From Minisyncoccota bacterium (GTDB taxonomy: Bacteria > Patescibacteriota > Minisyncoccia > 2-02-FULL-40-12 > GWA2-44-9), in assembly GCA_030583765.1 (NCBI GenBank), contig CP129474.1:471168-519347 (forward strand): a stretch of DNA of 48,180 nucleotides. The letters run 5' to 3'. The position numbers were made by a program, and so were the translations under genes. Positions 38,366-47,428 of the stretch are shown here, piece after piece (positions within the stretch are counted from its first letter, which is position 1; every line of letters starts with the position of its first letter). The notes under the pieces were generated by a model. It was not told the DNA's origin. It saw nothing but the letters and a program-made list of their open reading frames with translations, and did no database searches.

Positions 38366-38653
38366 ATGACACTGCACGATTACGAGCAAATTGGCCCCAT
38401 TCATCCTCGGGATGATGAGCCGGATAACCCGAGTGACCACGGCGAATGTGTCGCCGCTTCCGAGTTGCTGGCGCTTCGTGCTGACGAAGATCGAGACGAG
38501 GTAGTCGAAGCACTCTTCATACTCACGACCTGCGAGGGTTCTGATCTTCAGAAGGGCATCGAGGCGCTGCACGAAATCCTCTCGCAGCGCTGGAGCGAGT
38601 GCGGATCTGTCCCGCAAGGCCTTGCGAGTCTCGTGCGCATGAGGATGCGCTAG
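38366..38653 (+). CDS. Hypothetical small acidic protein (95 aa)
   Basis: Strong SD AAGGAGG 6 nt before ATG 38366. GC-rich, with no recognisable family. Confidence 0.55.
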   Translation: MTLHDYEQIGPIHPRDDEPDNPSDHGECVAASELLALRADEDRDEVVEALFILTTCEGSDLQKGIEALHEILSQRWSECGSVPQGLASLVRMRMR

Positions 38654-38660
38654 GCGTTTT

Positions 38661-38693
38661 GAGGAGCCCCCCACGGGCTCCTCTGTTCTTTTT
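38661..38693 (+). terminator. Rho-independent terminator
   Basis: gaggagccc-cccac-gggctcctc followed by tgttcttttt. Confidence 0.75.
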
Positions 38694-38725
38694 AAGAGTT
38701 CGTTGATACGCTAGAGAAGTTCGTG

Positions 38726-38796
38726 CGGGCTGTAGTATACCGGTAGTACGCGTCCATGGGGTGGATGTAGACCGGGTTCGATTCCCGGCAGCCCGA
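38726..38796 (+). tRNA. tRNA-Pro (anticodon GGG)
   Basis: Manual cloverleaf: CGGGCTG/CAGCCCG acceptor, GTAT/GTAC D stem, CGTCC-ATGGGGT-GGATG anticodon arm (G37), CCGGG-TTCGATT-CCCGG T arm, discriminator A. Confidence 0.8.
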
Positions 38797-38806
38797 CTTA
38801 TGAAAT

Positions 38807-38840
38807 AAAACAAGCACCATTTGGTGCTTGTTTTATTTTT
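38807..38840 (+). terminator. Rho-independent terminator after tRNA-Pro
   Basis: aaaacaagcacc-attt-ggtgcttgtttt followed by attttt. Confidence 0.75.
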
Positions 38841-38855
38841 ATGATATGGCGCTGT

Positions 38856-38964
38856 GGGGAATCGAAGGGCGGAGCGCTTCTGTTGTTCAGCAGAACAACA
38901 GCGCGAGCCCTGGCCCGGAGCGCGCGTTGAGCGGCGGCGAAACGCGACGCGAAGGGGATTCCCC
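38856..38964 (+). repeat. GC-rich structured repeat, copy E2 (109 nt)
   Basis: Closed by GGGGAATC / GATTCCCC. Internal hairpins are ctgttgttc-agca-gaacaacag and cgcgtt-(12 nt)-aacgcg. The right end GCGAAGGGGATTCC matches E1. Confidence 0.7.
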
Positions 38965-39026
38965 GCGGTGACCGAGCGCGAGCGAGGAAATACCAAAGCC
39001 AGTAGGCGTGGTGCCCGACAGTAGAT

Positions 39027-39058
39027 ACCAAAAGAGACCCTCACGGGTCTCTTTTGGT
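39027..39058 (-). terminator. Terminator downstream of rpmB
   Basis: accaaaagagaccc-tcac-gggtctcttttggt, a 14-bp stem with A/T runs. Confidence 0.7.
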
Positions 39059-39070
39059 TATACGATGTGC

Positions 39071-39262
39071 TTAGGCTACTGCGCCTTTTGCGATGGTCTT
39101 GATACAGTCTGTGCAGATCTTCAAGCGCTTGCCGTTTACGCGAGCCCACTGGAGGTTCGGATAGCGGCGGGAGCGGCTGGTCGGGTTGTAATGGCCACGG
39201 TGAAGCTTACGGGTGGTGACCATAACGGATCGCTTTGCACAAGTTGGACAACGTGTTGCCAT
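39071..39262 (-). CDS. rpmB: 50S ribosomal protein L28
   Basis: 63 aa: MATRCPTCAKRSVMVTTRKLHRGHYNPTSRSRRYPNLQWARVNGKRLKICTDCIK. The start is trimmed from a longer ORF. Confidence 0.85.
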   Translation of the reverse strand: MATRCPTCAKRSVMVTTRKLHRGHYNPTSRSRRYPNLQWARVNGKRLKICTDCIKTIAKGAVA

Positions 39263-39339
39263 AGAGATTTGAAAGCGCCCTTTGGGGACGCGAAGTACGT
39301 GGACAGGATAGCAGAACATTGGTACGCTGGTCAAGAGAT

Positions 39340-39954
39340 ATGCCTGACAGCTTCTTTCTTGGCGCCATTTCCATCGCAATGCTTGTGATGTCTGTTGTTG
39401 CGCACGAATATGCGCACGGCGCCGTTGCCGATGCCCTGGGTGATCCAACGGCTCGACTTTCTGGGCGCCTCACTCTCAATCCTCTCAAGCATCTTGATCC
39501 ATTCGGTTCCGTTATCCTCCCATTTCTGTTGGTGGTGAGCGGTTTGCCAGCTTTTGGCTATGCTCGGCCAGTGCCGTATGACCCGCTCCTACTCTCTGAT
39601 AGGCGGCGTGGGCCAGCTATGGTGGCCTTTGCGGGGCCAGCGACAAATATCATTCTCTCGCTCTTGTGCGCGCTTGCGCTACGAGCGGGGGTTGTTTCAG
39701 TGGACACAATCCCCGGAGCCCTAGTGGCGACTGCCGGCTTTATGAATGCCATTCTCGCGCTTTTTAATCTGATTCCAATTCCGCCGCTTGATGGCCACTG
39801 GATCGCCGGAACGCTTGGAGGACTTACGGGTGCGCGCCTTATGGCTGCGGCTCGCCGTATGCAGGTTCCGCTTTTTCTTGTCGCCCTTTTCTTTGTGGTG
39901 CCTATTTTGGGCAACATAGCGTATGCGATCTTCGCTGCCCTTGCTGGGATTTGA
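39340..39954 (+). CDS. Site-2 protease family (peptidase M50) membrane protein
   Basis: HEYAHG zinc motif in the first TM segment, and a [11 protein letters not shown] motif. Confidence 0.85.
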   Translation: MPDSFFLGAISIAMLVMSVVAHEYAHGAVADALGDPTARLSGRLTLNPLKHLDPFGSVILPFLLVVSGLPAFGYARPVPYDPLLLSDRRRGPAMVAFAGPATNIILSLLCALALRAGVVSVDTIPGALVATAGFMNAILALFNLIPIPPLDGHWIAGTLGGLTGARLMAAARRMQVPLFLVALFFVVPILGNIAYAIFAALAGI

Positions 39955-40028
39955 CGGTCGTTTCTGTTTCTGCTACGATGCACACCGCACGTTGTGCGCT
40001 GTTTCTTGCGCACGACGCTTACTGGCTC

Positions 40029-40439
40029 ATGCCAACATTGAATCAATTACTCAAGCGTCCGCGTGTCGCGGTCCGCGCAAAAACAAAAGCACCAGCGATG
40101 GTGTTCGGCTTGAATACTCTCAAGAATCGTCCTATTCGCTATCCAGCCCCATTTAAGCGCGGCGTGTGTGTGAAAGTCACTACGATGACCCCGAAGAAGC
40201 CAAACTCGGCTATCCGTAAGATTGCTCGCGTTCGTCTCTCAAATGGCATGGAAGTAACCGCATACATTCCAGGCATCGGCCACAATCTCCAAGAGCACTC
40301 TGTAGTGATGATTCGCGGCGGTCGCGTAAAAGACTTGCCAGGTGTCCGCTATCACATTGTGCGCGGTGTCTTGGATGCAGCTGGCGTAGACGGTCGCAAA
40401 CAAGAGCGCTCGAAGTATGGAGTGAAGCGTCCTAAGTAA
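40029..40439 (+). CDS. rpsL: 30S ribosomal protein S12
   Basis: [12 protein letters not shown] and KKPNSAIRK motifs. Confidence 0.95.
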   Translation: MPTLNQLLKRPRVAVRAKTKAPAMVFGLNTLKNRPIRYPAPFKRGVCVKVTTMTPKKPNSAIRKIARVRLSNGMEVTAYIPGIGHNLQEHSVVMIRGGRVKDLPGVRYHIVRGVLDAAGVDGRKQERSKYGVKRPK

Positions 40440-40451
40440 TCTTAATATTCT

Positions 40452-40919
40452 ATGCGTCGTCCTATAAAAAAGCGTCCGATTGTAGATCCAGATTCTGTAT
40501 ATTCTAGCGCCCTTGTCGCGCGCATTATTAACTCCGTCATGAAAGACGGAAAGAAATCTATTGCGCAGCGCACTGTGTATGCTGCGTTGAATGATCTTGA
40601 AAAGCGCGCCGAAAAACCAGCGCTTGAAGCCCTAGAGCTTGCGGTTCAGAATGTCGCCCCAAACGTCCAACTCAAGTCTCGCCGTGTCGGCGGTGCGAAC
40701 TATCAGGTTCCGGTAGAGGTTGGGCCAGCTCGTCGCCTCGCGCTCGCAATTCGTTGGATTGTCGGCTCCGCGCGCTCTCAGAAGGGCAAGCCGATGAACG
40801 TGAAGCTTGCTGATGAACTCTTTGCCGCATTCCAAAATACTGGTTCTGCAGTGAAGAAGCGCGCCGACATGCATCGCATGGCAGAGGCAAACAAAGCATT
40901 CGCACATTTGGCATGGTAA
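40452..40919 (+). CDS. rpsG: 30S ribosomal protein S7
   Basis: DGKKSIAQR...SRRVGGANYQVPVEV pattern. Confidence 0.95.
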   Translation: MRRPIKKRPIVDPDSVYSSALVARIINSVMKDGKKSIAQRTVYAALNDLEKRAEKPALEALELAVQNVAPNVQLKSRRVGGANYQVPVEVGPARRLALAIRWIVGSARSQKGKPMNVKLADELFAAFQNTGSAVKKRADMHRMAEANKAFAHLAW

Positions 40920-40987
40920 TGATGATGTGAGTACTCGCGGAGCGACCACCCTATGTTGGTCGCTCCTGCGCTCTACTCTCCACGTGT

Positions 40988-43093
40988 ATGGCTGATTATC
41001 CTATTGAGAAAATTCGTAACTTTGGTGTCATCGCACACATTGATGCTGGTAAGACGACAACGTCTGAGCGCATTCTTTTCTATACAGGCATGAGCCATAA
41101 AATTGGCGAAGTGCACGAAGGCGATACGGTCATGGACTGGATGGAGCAAGAGCGTGAGCGTGGTATTACGATTACCGCCGCCGCAACGACTGCGTACTGG
41201 ACTCCTACCGATGCGGCAGGAGATGCGAGCAAGAAGGTTCGCATGAATATCATTGATACCCCGGGCCACATCGACTTCACGATTGAAGTGAAGCGCTCTT
41301 TGCGCGTACTCGACGGCGCCGTGGTGGTGTTCGATGGTGTCGCTGGTGTAGAGCCACAGTCAGAAACCAACTGGCGCTACGCAGATGACTACAAGGTGCC
41401 TCGCATCTGTTTTATCAATAAACTCGACCGTCTCGGTGCTTCATTTGAGCGATCCTATCTCTCCATTCTTGATCGTCTCTCGCCGAATGCAGTAAAGGTG
41501 CAAATTCCTGACGGCCATGAAGATCAGTTCAAGGGAATTGTTGATCTCATGACCATGGAGTATGTTTCGTTTGAAGGTGAGCGCGGTGAAAAGATTATTA
41601 AGGGCGAAATCCCAGCACACCTAAAAGAGGCCGCTGAGAAAGAGCGTGCAGTGATGATCGAGCGCATCGTAGAAAATGACGATGTTGCGATGAGTGAATA
41701 TCTCGAAGGCAAAGAAATCCCACTCGCGCGTCTTCGCGAAATCCTCCGCAAGGCAGTCATCGAGAACAAAATTTTCCCCGTATACTGCGGTTCTGCTCTG
41801 AAAAACAAAGGTGTGCAGTTGGTGCTTGATGCTGTGGCATACTACCTCCCATCGCCAATTGATATCGCTGATACAAAGGCAAAAGACGGCAAGACCGGCG
41901 AAGATACAACGGTGAAGCATGACGATAACGCTCCGTTTACGGCGCTCGCATTTAAAACGGCAACCGATCCATTCGTTGGATCGCTGACGTTCTTCCGTGT
42001 GTATTCCGGGAAGCTCACCGCGGGTTCATACGTCTTAAATACTCGCTCGGGCAATCAAGAGCGCATCAGTCGTATCGTGCGCCTCCACGCAGATCAGCGT
42101 GAAGAAATTAAAGAAATTTTTGCAGGCAACATCGCCGCAACGGTTGGATTGAAAGACACAAAGACGGGAGATACGCTTTGTGACCCAGCAACGCCAATGT
42201 TCTTAGAGGGCATCGATATCCCAGAGCCAGTCATCTCACTTCGCATTGAGCCAAAGACGAAGGCAGACCAGGAAAAAATGGGCTTGGCACTTAAGAAGCT
42301 TTCTGATGAAGATCCAACGTTCCGCATCCGCAGTGATGAGGAAACTGGCGAGATGATCATCGCGGGCATGGGTGAGCTCCACCTTGAAATTCTCGTGGAC
42401 CGTATGAAGCGCGAATTTAGCGTTGAAGCGAATGTCGGTCGCCCACAGGTTGCCTATAAAGAAGCTATTACTGATAAATCACAGGCGGAAGGTAAGTATA
42501 TTAAACAGTCGGGTGGCCGCGGTCAGTATGGGCACTGCTGGTTGCGTATTGAGCCGCTTGAACGAGGCGAAGGCTTCACGTTTAAGAACGCCATTAAAGG
42601 CGGATCAATCCCTCAAGAGTTCATTCCAGCTATTGAAAAAGGCGTGCGCGAAGCGCTCGATAAGGGCGTTGTCGCAGGTTTCCCACTCGTAGATTTGAAG
42701 GTTGAAGTGTACGACGGCTCCTACCACGACGTTGACTCTTCTGAAGTCGCATTCAAAATCGCGGGCGCTATGGCACTCCAAGAAGCGGTACGGCGTGCAA
42801 AGCCAGTCATTCTTGAGCCGGTCATGAATGTTGAGGTTATTGTTCCTGACAACTTCTTGGGCTCCACTACGGGCGACCTCTCCAGCCGTCGTGGCCAGAT
42901 TGTTGAAGTGACTGATCGCGGCTCGCTTGGGCTGAAGGTGATCCACGCCCACGTGCCACTTTCTGAAATGTTTGGCTATGCAACTTCGATCCGCTCGTTC
43001 TCTGAGGGCCGCGGCACGTTCACTATGGAATTTAGCCACTACGAACCAGTGCCCGCAAATATTGCGACTCAAATCGCTGCAGGAAAGAAATAA
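40988..43093 (+). CDS. fusA: Elongation factor G
   Basis: [17 protein letters not shown] and NKLD GTPase motifs. 701 aa. Confidence 0.96.
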   Translation: MADYPIEKIRNFGVIAHIDAGKTTTSERILFYTGMSHKIGEVHEGDTVMDWMEQERERGITITAAATTAYWTPTDAAGDASKKVRMNIIDTPGHIDFTIEVKRSLRVLDGAVVVFDGVAGVEPQSETNWRYADDYKVPRICFINKLDRLGASFERSYLSILDRLSPNAVKVQIPDGHEDQFKGIVDLMTMEYVSFEGERGEKIIKGEIPAHLKEAAEKERAVMIERIVENDDVAMSEYLEGKEIPLARLREILRKAVIENKIFPVYCGSALKNKGVQLVLDAVAYYLPSPIDIADTKAKDGKTGEDTTVKHDDNAPFTALAFKTATDPFVGSLTFFRVYSGKLTAGSYVLNTRSGNQERISRIVRLHADQREEIKEIFAGNIAATVGLKDTKTGDTLCDPATPMFLEGIDIPEPVISLRIEPKTKADQEKMGLALKKLSDEDPTFRIRSDEETGEMIIAGMGELHLEILVDRMKREFSVEANVGRPQVAYKEAITDKSQAEGKYIKQSGGRGQYGHCWLRIEPLERGEGFTFKNAIKGGSIPQEFIPAIEKGVREALDKGVVAGFPLVDLKVEVYDGSYHDVDSSEVAFKIAGAMALQEAVRRAKPVILEPVMNVEVIVPDNFLGSTTGDLSSRRGQIVEVTDRGSLGLKVIHAHVPLSEMFGYATSIRSFSEGRGTFTMEFSHYEPVPANIATQIAAGKK

Positions 43094-43198
43094 AGCACAC
43101 AACCACTCGCCCAAAGAGCGCCCCATGTGGGGCGCTCTTGCTCGTTTATGGAATGCGTGGTATTAATGCATAACTCTAAAACGAGAGGAGGTGATAGT

Positions 43199-43408
43199 AT
43201 GGAGGCACTGTTCTGGTACAGCGGCGTGATGACTCGCGCGAGCCGTGGCGAGTTGCGTGCACGCTGTATCCGCGCGGCCATTCTTGCAACCAGTTTCGGT
43301 TTGCTGGTGGTGCAGGCGCAGTTGCAGTGGATCATGACGGATTCTCCCGGCATGCACCACTTCCTGCGGGCCCACTGGACGCGCGTGGCGCCCTGTTACG
43401 GCCACTAG
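43199..43408 (+). CDS. Hypothetical small protein (69 aa) with one hydrophobic segment
   Basis: Strong SD GAGGAGG 8 nt before ATG 43199, followed by a terminator. Confidence 0.45.
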   Translation: MEALFWYSGVMTRASRGELRARCIRAAILATSFGLLVVQAQLQWIMTDSPGMHHFLRAHWTRVAPCYGH

Positions 43409-43415
43409 CCCCCCC

Positions 43416-43459
43416 GCCCGCAGTCACTCATCATGAGTGGGTGCGGGCTTGCTTTTTTT
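43416..43459 (+). terminator. Rho-independent terminator
   Basis: The long imperfect hairpin gcccgcagtcactcat/atgagtgggtgcgggc, followed by ttgcttttttt. Confidence 0.7.
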
Positions 43460-43485
43460 AGCGGGTGCGGTAGAAGGAATGTACT

Positions 43486-43779
43486 ATGCTTGATATGCGC
43501 GAACTCAAGCCGCTCTTGCGGCAAAGCGGATCTGTCGTGGTAGTAGAAGATGGCCAACCATCTGTGGTGATCGTTGATTATGGTGTGTATCGGGGCCTTG
43601 TGAGAGCTCCCGCAGAAAGTGCCGTCCAACAGGGCTCCTCGCTAGCTTCGGCGGCTCCAAGCACCGCGGATGCGGAGTTTGTTGAGCGCCTCAATAAAGA
43701 GATTTTAGCCCTGAAAAACCAGATTGAATCAGAAGAGCGAGCTTTGGTAGGGGCTGAGGTAGGGGCTGAGAATGAGTAG
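43486..43779 (+). CDS. Phd/YefM-like N-terminal domain protein with coiled-coil tail
   Basis: RELKPLLRQSGSVVVVEDGQPSVVIVDYGVYRGLV resembles the Phd/YefM antitoxin fold. No toxin gene is adjacent. Confidence 0.45.
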   Translation: MLDMRELKPLLRQSGSVVVVEDGQPSVVIVDYGVYRGLVRAPAESAVQQGSSLASAAPSTADAEFVERLNKEILALKNQIESEERALVGAEVGAENE

Positions 43780-43782
43780 GCA

Positions 43783-43810
43783 TTGACTTTCGTTTAGTGT
43801 TTGCTAGAAT
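43783..43810 (+). promoter_or_regulatory. Candidate promoter of tuf
   Basis: TTGACT, a 16-nt spacer, then TAGAAT, about 120 nt upstream of the tuf start. Confidence 0.6.
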
Positions 43811-43929
43811 AGTCGGTACGCGTTTTATATTAAACAGCGCGGTACCGTGGTGGTTACTACACGAACGGCTTTCGAGCGGGTTTCGCGTCGTGTCCCTCAC
43901 GAGTATCGCCTCGTCACAACCCTAAGCAT

Positions 43930-45129
43930 ATGGCAGACACAAAGTTTGAGCGGACAAAGCCGCACTTGAATATCGGAACGATCGGACACGTAGACCACGG
44001 GAAGACAACCCTCACTGCGTCGATTTTGCACGTCTTAGACATGCACAAAGGCGAAGGGTACGGTGCCCGCGTTGAAGGTGTTGATGGTATCGACAATGCT
44101 CCAGAAGAAAAGGCACGTGGTATCACCATCTCTTTGCACCACTCTGAATATTGGACCCCAAAGCGTCACTACGCACACATCGACGCTCCTGGTCACGCAG
44201 ACTATATTAAGAACATGATCACGGGTGCCGCTCAGATGGACGGCGCAATCCTCGTGGTTGCTGCAACTGATGGCGCAATGCCTCAGACCCGCGAGCACAT
44301 TCTCTTGGCACGCCAAGTCGGCGTTCCTTCCATCATCGTCTTCTTGAATAAAGTAGACATGGTAGAGGACCAAGAAATGCTTGACCTCGTTGAAGCAGAG
44401 CTCAAGGAATTGCTTGCAAAGTACGGTTACACTGATTCTCCAATCATCCGCGGTTCTGGCTTGAAGGCCCTTGAGTCCAAGGATGCTAATGACCAGTACG
44501 CCCAGGCAGTGAAGAAGCTCATCGATACATGCGATGAATTTATTGCAGAGCCAACGCGTGAAATGGATAAGCCATTCCTCATGCCTGTTGAAGACGTGTT
44601 TACGATCGAAGGTCGCGGCACGGTAGTCACTGGCCGTATTGAACGTGGCCAGGTGAAGGTGAACGACGAAATCGAAATCGTCGGCATTCGCCCAACAGCC
44701 AAGACCGTGATCACGGGTATCGAAATGTTTAACAAGTCCCTCGATTCTGGTATCGCAGGTGACAACGCCGGCCTCTTGCTCCGCGGTTTGAAGAAAGAAG
44801 ATGTGGAGCGCGGCCAGGTGCTCGCAAAAGCTGGCTCCATCACGCCGCACACCGAATTTGAGGCTGAAATCTACGTACTCACGAAAGAAGAGGGTGGTCG
44901 CCATACGCCATTCATGAAGGGCTACAAGCCGCAGTTTTACTTCCGCACCACGGATGTAACCGGCGAGACCTTCCTGCCAGAAGGATCAGAAATGGTCATG
45001 CCTGGTGACACTGTCAACCTTCGCGTGAAATTAATTGTACCGATCGCCATGGAAGAAAAGCAGCGCTTCGCAATTCGCGAAGGCGGCAAGACCGTTGGTG
45101 CCGGTGCTGTAACAAAGATTATCGCCTAA
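43930..45129 (+). CDS. tuf: Elongation factor Tu
   Basis: [17 protein letters not shown] and NKVD motifs. 399 aa. Confidence 0.97.
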   Translation: MADTKFERTKPHLNIGTIGHVDHGKTTLTASILHVLDMHKGEGYGARVEGVDGIDNAPEEKARGITISLHHSEYWTPKRHYAHIDAPGHADYIKNMITGAAQMDGAILVVAATDGAMPQTREHILLARQVGVPSIIVFLNKVDMVEDQEMLDLVEAELKELLAKYGYTDSPIIRGSGLKALESKDANDQYAQAVKKLIDTCDEFIAEPTREMDKPFLMPVEDVFTIEGRGTVVTGRIERGQVKVNDEIEIVGIRPTAKTVITGIEMFNKSLDSGIAGDNAGLLLRGLKKEDVERGQVLAKAGSITPHTEFEAEIYVLTKEEGGRHTPFMKGYKPQFYFRTTDVTGETFLPEGSEMVMPGDTVNLRVKLIVPIAMEEKQRFAIREGGKTVGAGAVTKIIA

Positions 45130-45139
45130 CCGTTCTATC

Positions 45140-45166
45140 GTTCCCGCCGCCGATGGCGGCGGGAAC
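45140..45166 (+). other. 12-bp GC hairpin between tuf and rpsJ (weak terminator or attenuator)
   Basis: gttcccgccgcc-gat-ggcggcgggaac with only a weak T tract after it. Confidence 0.5.
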
Positions 45167-45187
45167 ACACCGCTCTTTCTCAACACC

Positions 45188-45520
45188 ATGATGGCTAAAA
45201 AGACACAAGACGCAGCCCAGCGCATTCGGATCAAGCTGCGTGCATACGATACGAAGATCATCGACCGTTCCGCAAAGCAGATTGTTGAAACGATTGAGCG
45301 CTACGGCGGGACTCTCACGGGCCCGGTACCGTTGCCGACCGAGATCAAAAAGGTCACAGTCAACCGCTCTTCTTTCACAGATAAAGATTCCCGCGAGCAA
45401 TTTGAGATGCGCATTCATAAGCGCTTGATCGAAATCGGGAACCCAAATCCAAAGATCATCGAGGCACTCACAAACCTGAGTATGCCGGCGGGGGTTGATA
45501 TTGAGATCAAAATGGTGTAG
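45188..45520 (+). CDS. rpsJ: 30S ribosomal protein S10
   Basis: IRIKLRAYD...LTGPVPLPT...RSSFTDKDSREQFEMRIHKRLI pattern. Confidence 0.95.
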   Translation: MMAKKTQDAAQRIRIKLRAYDTKIIDRSAKQIVETIERYGGTLTGPVPLPTEIKKVTVNRSSFTDKDSREQFEMRIHKRLIEIGNPNPKIIEALTNLSMPAGVDIEIKMV

Positions 45521-45645
45521 AAGGTATAGGCATTGTTACTTTCCTCTCCCCATCATGCTGTGGTGGCGAGAGATAAAGCAATAATCCGGCTCGTGAGGCA
45601 CTCTGTGTGCCTTGCGACAGAGCAGAGGCGTGTCCTTCATGGGTT

Positions 45646-45670
45646 CCCGCTGTTCGCGGGTTTTTGTTTG
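45646..45670 (+). terminator. Terminator-like hairpin immediately upstream of rplC
   Basis: cccgc-tgttc-gcggg followed by tttttgtttg, ending 5 nt before the rplC ATG. Confidence 0.45.
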
Positions 45671-45674
45671 CAAA

Positions 45675-46289
45675 ATGGCGAAATTCATTCTTGGCACAAA
45701 AGAGAGCATGACCCAAATCTTCCGCGAAGATGGTGTTGTCGTTCCTGTAACGGTGCTTTCTGTTCGCCCTAACGTTGTTTTGCAACTCAAAAACAAGGAG
45801 CGTGACGGATATGTCGCAGTGCAAGTTGGCACTGGATCTCGTAAGCACGTCAAAAAGCCACAAGCAGGCCACTTCCGTGGTCGCGGCACATTTAATGCGG
45901 TGCGTGAATTTGCGTATACGCATCTTGGCGATAAAGAACTCGCAGAAGGTGACTCCTTCGATGCCTCCGTGTTTGCGGTCGGAGATACAGTAACGGTAAG
46001 TGGCACTTCAAAGGGTAAAGGCTTCGCGGGAGCTATGAAACGTCATGGCTTTTCGGGCATGCCTGCAAGTCATGGTCACCGATCAGTTCAGCGCCACATT
46101 GGTTCCACGGGTCAACGCTTCCCGCAACATACGCTTAAAGGTAAGCGCATGGCTGGGCACATGGGCGTTGCTCGTGTTTCGGTCCGTGGATTGAAAGTCG
46201 TTGCCGTTGATCCAGAGCTTGGTATCATTGCTGTTCGCGGTGCTGTCCCTGGTCAGCGTGGTTCTATTGTTGAAATTGTTTCACGATAA
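45675..46289 (+). CDS. rplC: 50S ribosomal protein L3
   Basis: MAKFILGTKESMTQIF...GTSKGKGFAGAMKRHGF pattern. Confidence 0.95.
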   Translation: MAKFILGTKESMTQIFREDGVVVPVTVLSVRPNVVLQLKNKERDGYVAVQVGTGSRKHVKKPQAGHFRGRGTFNAVREFAYTHLGDKELAEGDSFDASVFAVGDTVTVSGTSKGKGFAGAMKRHGFSGMPASHGHRSVQRHIGSTGQRFPQHTLKGKRMAGHMGVARVSVRGLKVVAVDPELGIIAVRGAVPGQRGSIVEIVSR

Positions 46290-46290
46290 T

Positions 46291-46965
46291 ATGGCAAACG
46301 TCCCCCTTCTTAATCAGCGTGGAGAATCTCTCGGCACCATGACATTACCGGATGCCGTCTTTGCAGTCCCGGTAAACATGGAACTTCTTGCACAGGTTAT
46401 TGCCGCACAGGAAGCAAATCAGCGACAGGGGACGGCGCACTCTAAGGGTCGCGGCGAAGTTCGTGGTGGTGGCAAAAAGCCTTGGCGTCAGAAGGGCACG
46501 GGCCGCGCACGCCATGGTTCGATCCGCTCTCCTATCTGGAAAGGTGGCGGTGCGACGCACGGCCCAACGTCGGAAAAGGATTATACGCAAAAGATTAATC
46601 GTCGTATGGCGCTTGCCGCGCTTCGTTCAATTCTTTCTGGTAAGGTTCGTGATGCGGAGCTGGTTGTTGTCGATGCGTTCGCTATCCCTGAGGCAAAAAC
46701 AAAAGAGGCCGTCTCTTCGCTTCGTGCGGTGATCCGCGCAATTCCTGGTGTTCGTGCTACAGACCGCACACTCCCGAAAGCTCTTGTGATCTTGCCGGGC
46801 GGCGAGGGTCATACCTCTGTTGTGCGCGCGTTGCGAAACGTGCCGCGCGCTGAGGTTGAGTCAGTGCGCAACGTTCAGGCGCTGAGTGTCGCGGACCATC
46901 AGTATATTATTGTGCACAAGGATGCCGTTGATGCGCTCGTTGCGCGTATGGGTAGCGCTGCATAA
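46291..46965 (+). CDS. rplD: 50S ribosomal protein L4
   Basis: GTAHSKGRGEVRGGGKKPWRQKGTGRARHGSIRSPIW pattern. Confidence 0.95.
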   Translation: MANVPLLNQRGESLGTMTLPDAVFAVPVNMELLAQVIAAQEANQRQGTAHSKGRGEVRGGGKKPWRQKGTGRARHGSIRSPIWKGGGATHGPTSEKDYTQKINRRMALAALRSILSGKVRDAELVVVDAFAIPEAKTKEAVSSLRAVIRAIPGVRATDRTLPKALVILPGGEGHTSVVRALRNVPRAEVESVRNVQALSVADHQYIIVHKDAVDALVARMGSAA

Positions 46966-46975
46966 TACACTTTGT

Positions 46976-47422
46976 ATGAAATTCCCATTTTTTGGATCAT
47001 CGGAAAAGAAAGAAAGCCCCAAGAAGAGCGCGTCTCCAAAGAAGGCGCAGGCTTCACGCGCGGTCAAGCCAACAAAAGGAGATGCGCCTGCAACTTCAGA
47101 GGGGCAAATGCTAATCGTTCCTGCAGGAGCGCATCGCGTTATTCGTGCTCCGTTCATGAGCGAGAAAGCATCCCGCCTTACTCAACAGAACCAGTATGTC
47201 TTCTTGGTTACGTCTGGGGCGACGAAATCAGAAGTAAAGAAGCATATCAGCACTCTTTTCAAGGTAAAAGTGATTTCGGTGAATATTGTAAACTTGCCTC
47301 GTAAGAAAGCGGGGATGATGCGCCGCCATTTTGCAGGCGTGCGCCCGCAGGTACGCAAGGCGATTGTTACGCTCGCACCGGGTAACACCATTGGTGCAAC
47401 TATGGCACAGCCACAATCATAA
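46976..47422 (+). CDS. rplW: 50S ribosomal protein L23 with Lys/Ser/Pro-rich N-terminal extension
   Basis: The core IRAPFMSEKASRL...YVFLVTSGATKSEVKKHISTLFKVKV is preceded by about 50 aa (KKESPKKSASPKKAQ...). Confidence 0.85.
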   Translation: MKFPFFGSSEKKESPKKSASPKKAQASRAVKPTKGDAPATSEGQMLIVPAGAHRVIRAPFMSEKASRLTQQNQYVFLVTSGATKSEVKKHISTLFKVKVISVNIVNLPRKKAGMMRRHFAGVRPQVRKAIVTLAPGNTIGATMAQPQS

Positions 47423-47428
47423 TCTGGT

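Noticed and set aside
38845-38872. tRNA on the minus strand suggested by TTCGATTCCCCACAGCGCCA
   Set aside because: No matching T-stem 5' strand or acceptor 5' strand lies upstream. The T-loop-like sequence is the left closing arm of repeat E2.
44035-44904. 289-aa minus-strand ORF
   Set aside because: It is antisense to tuf.
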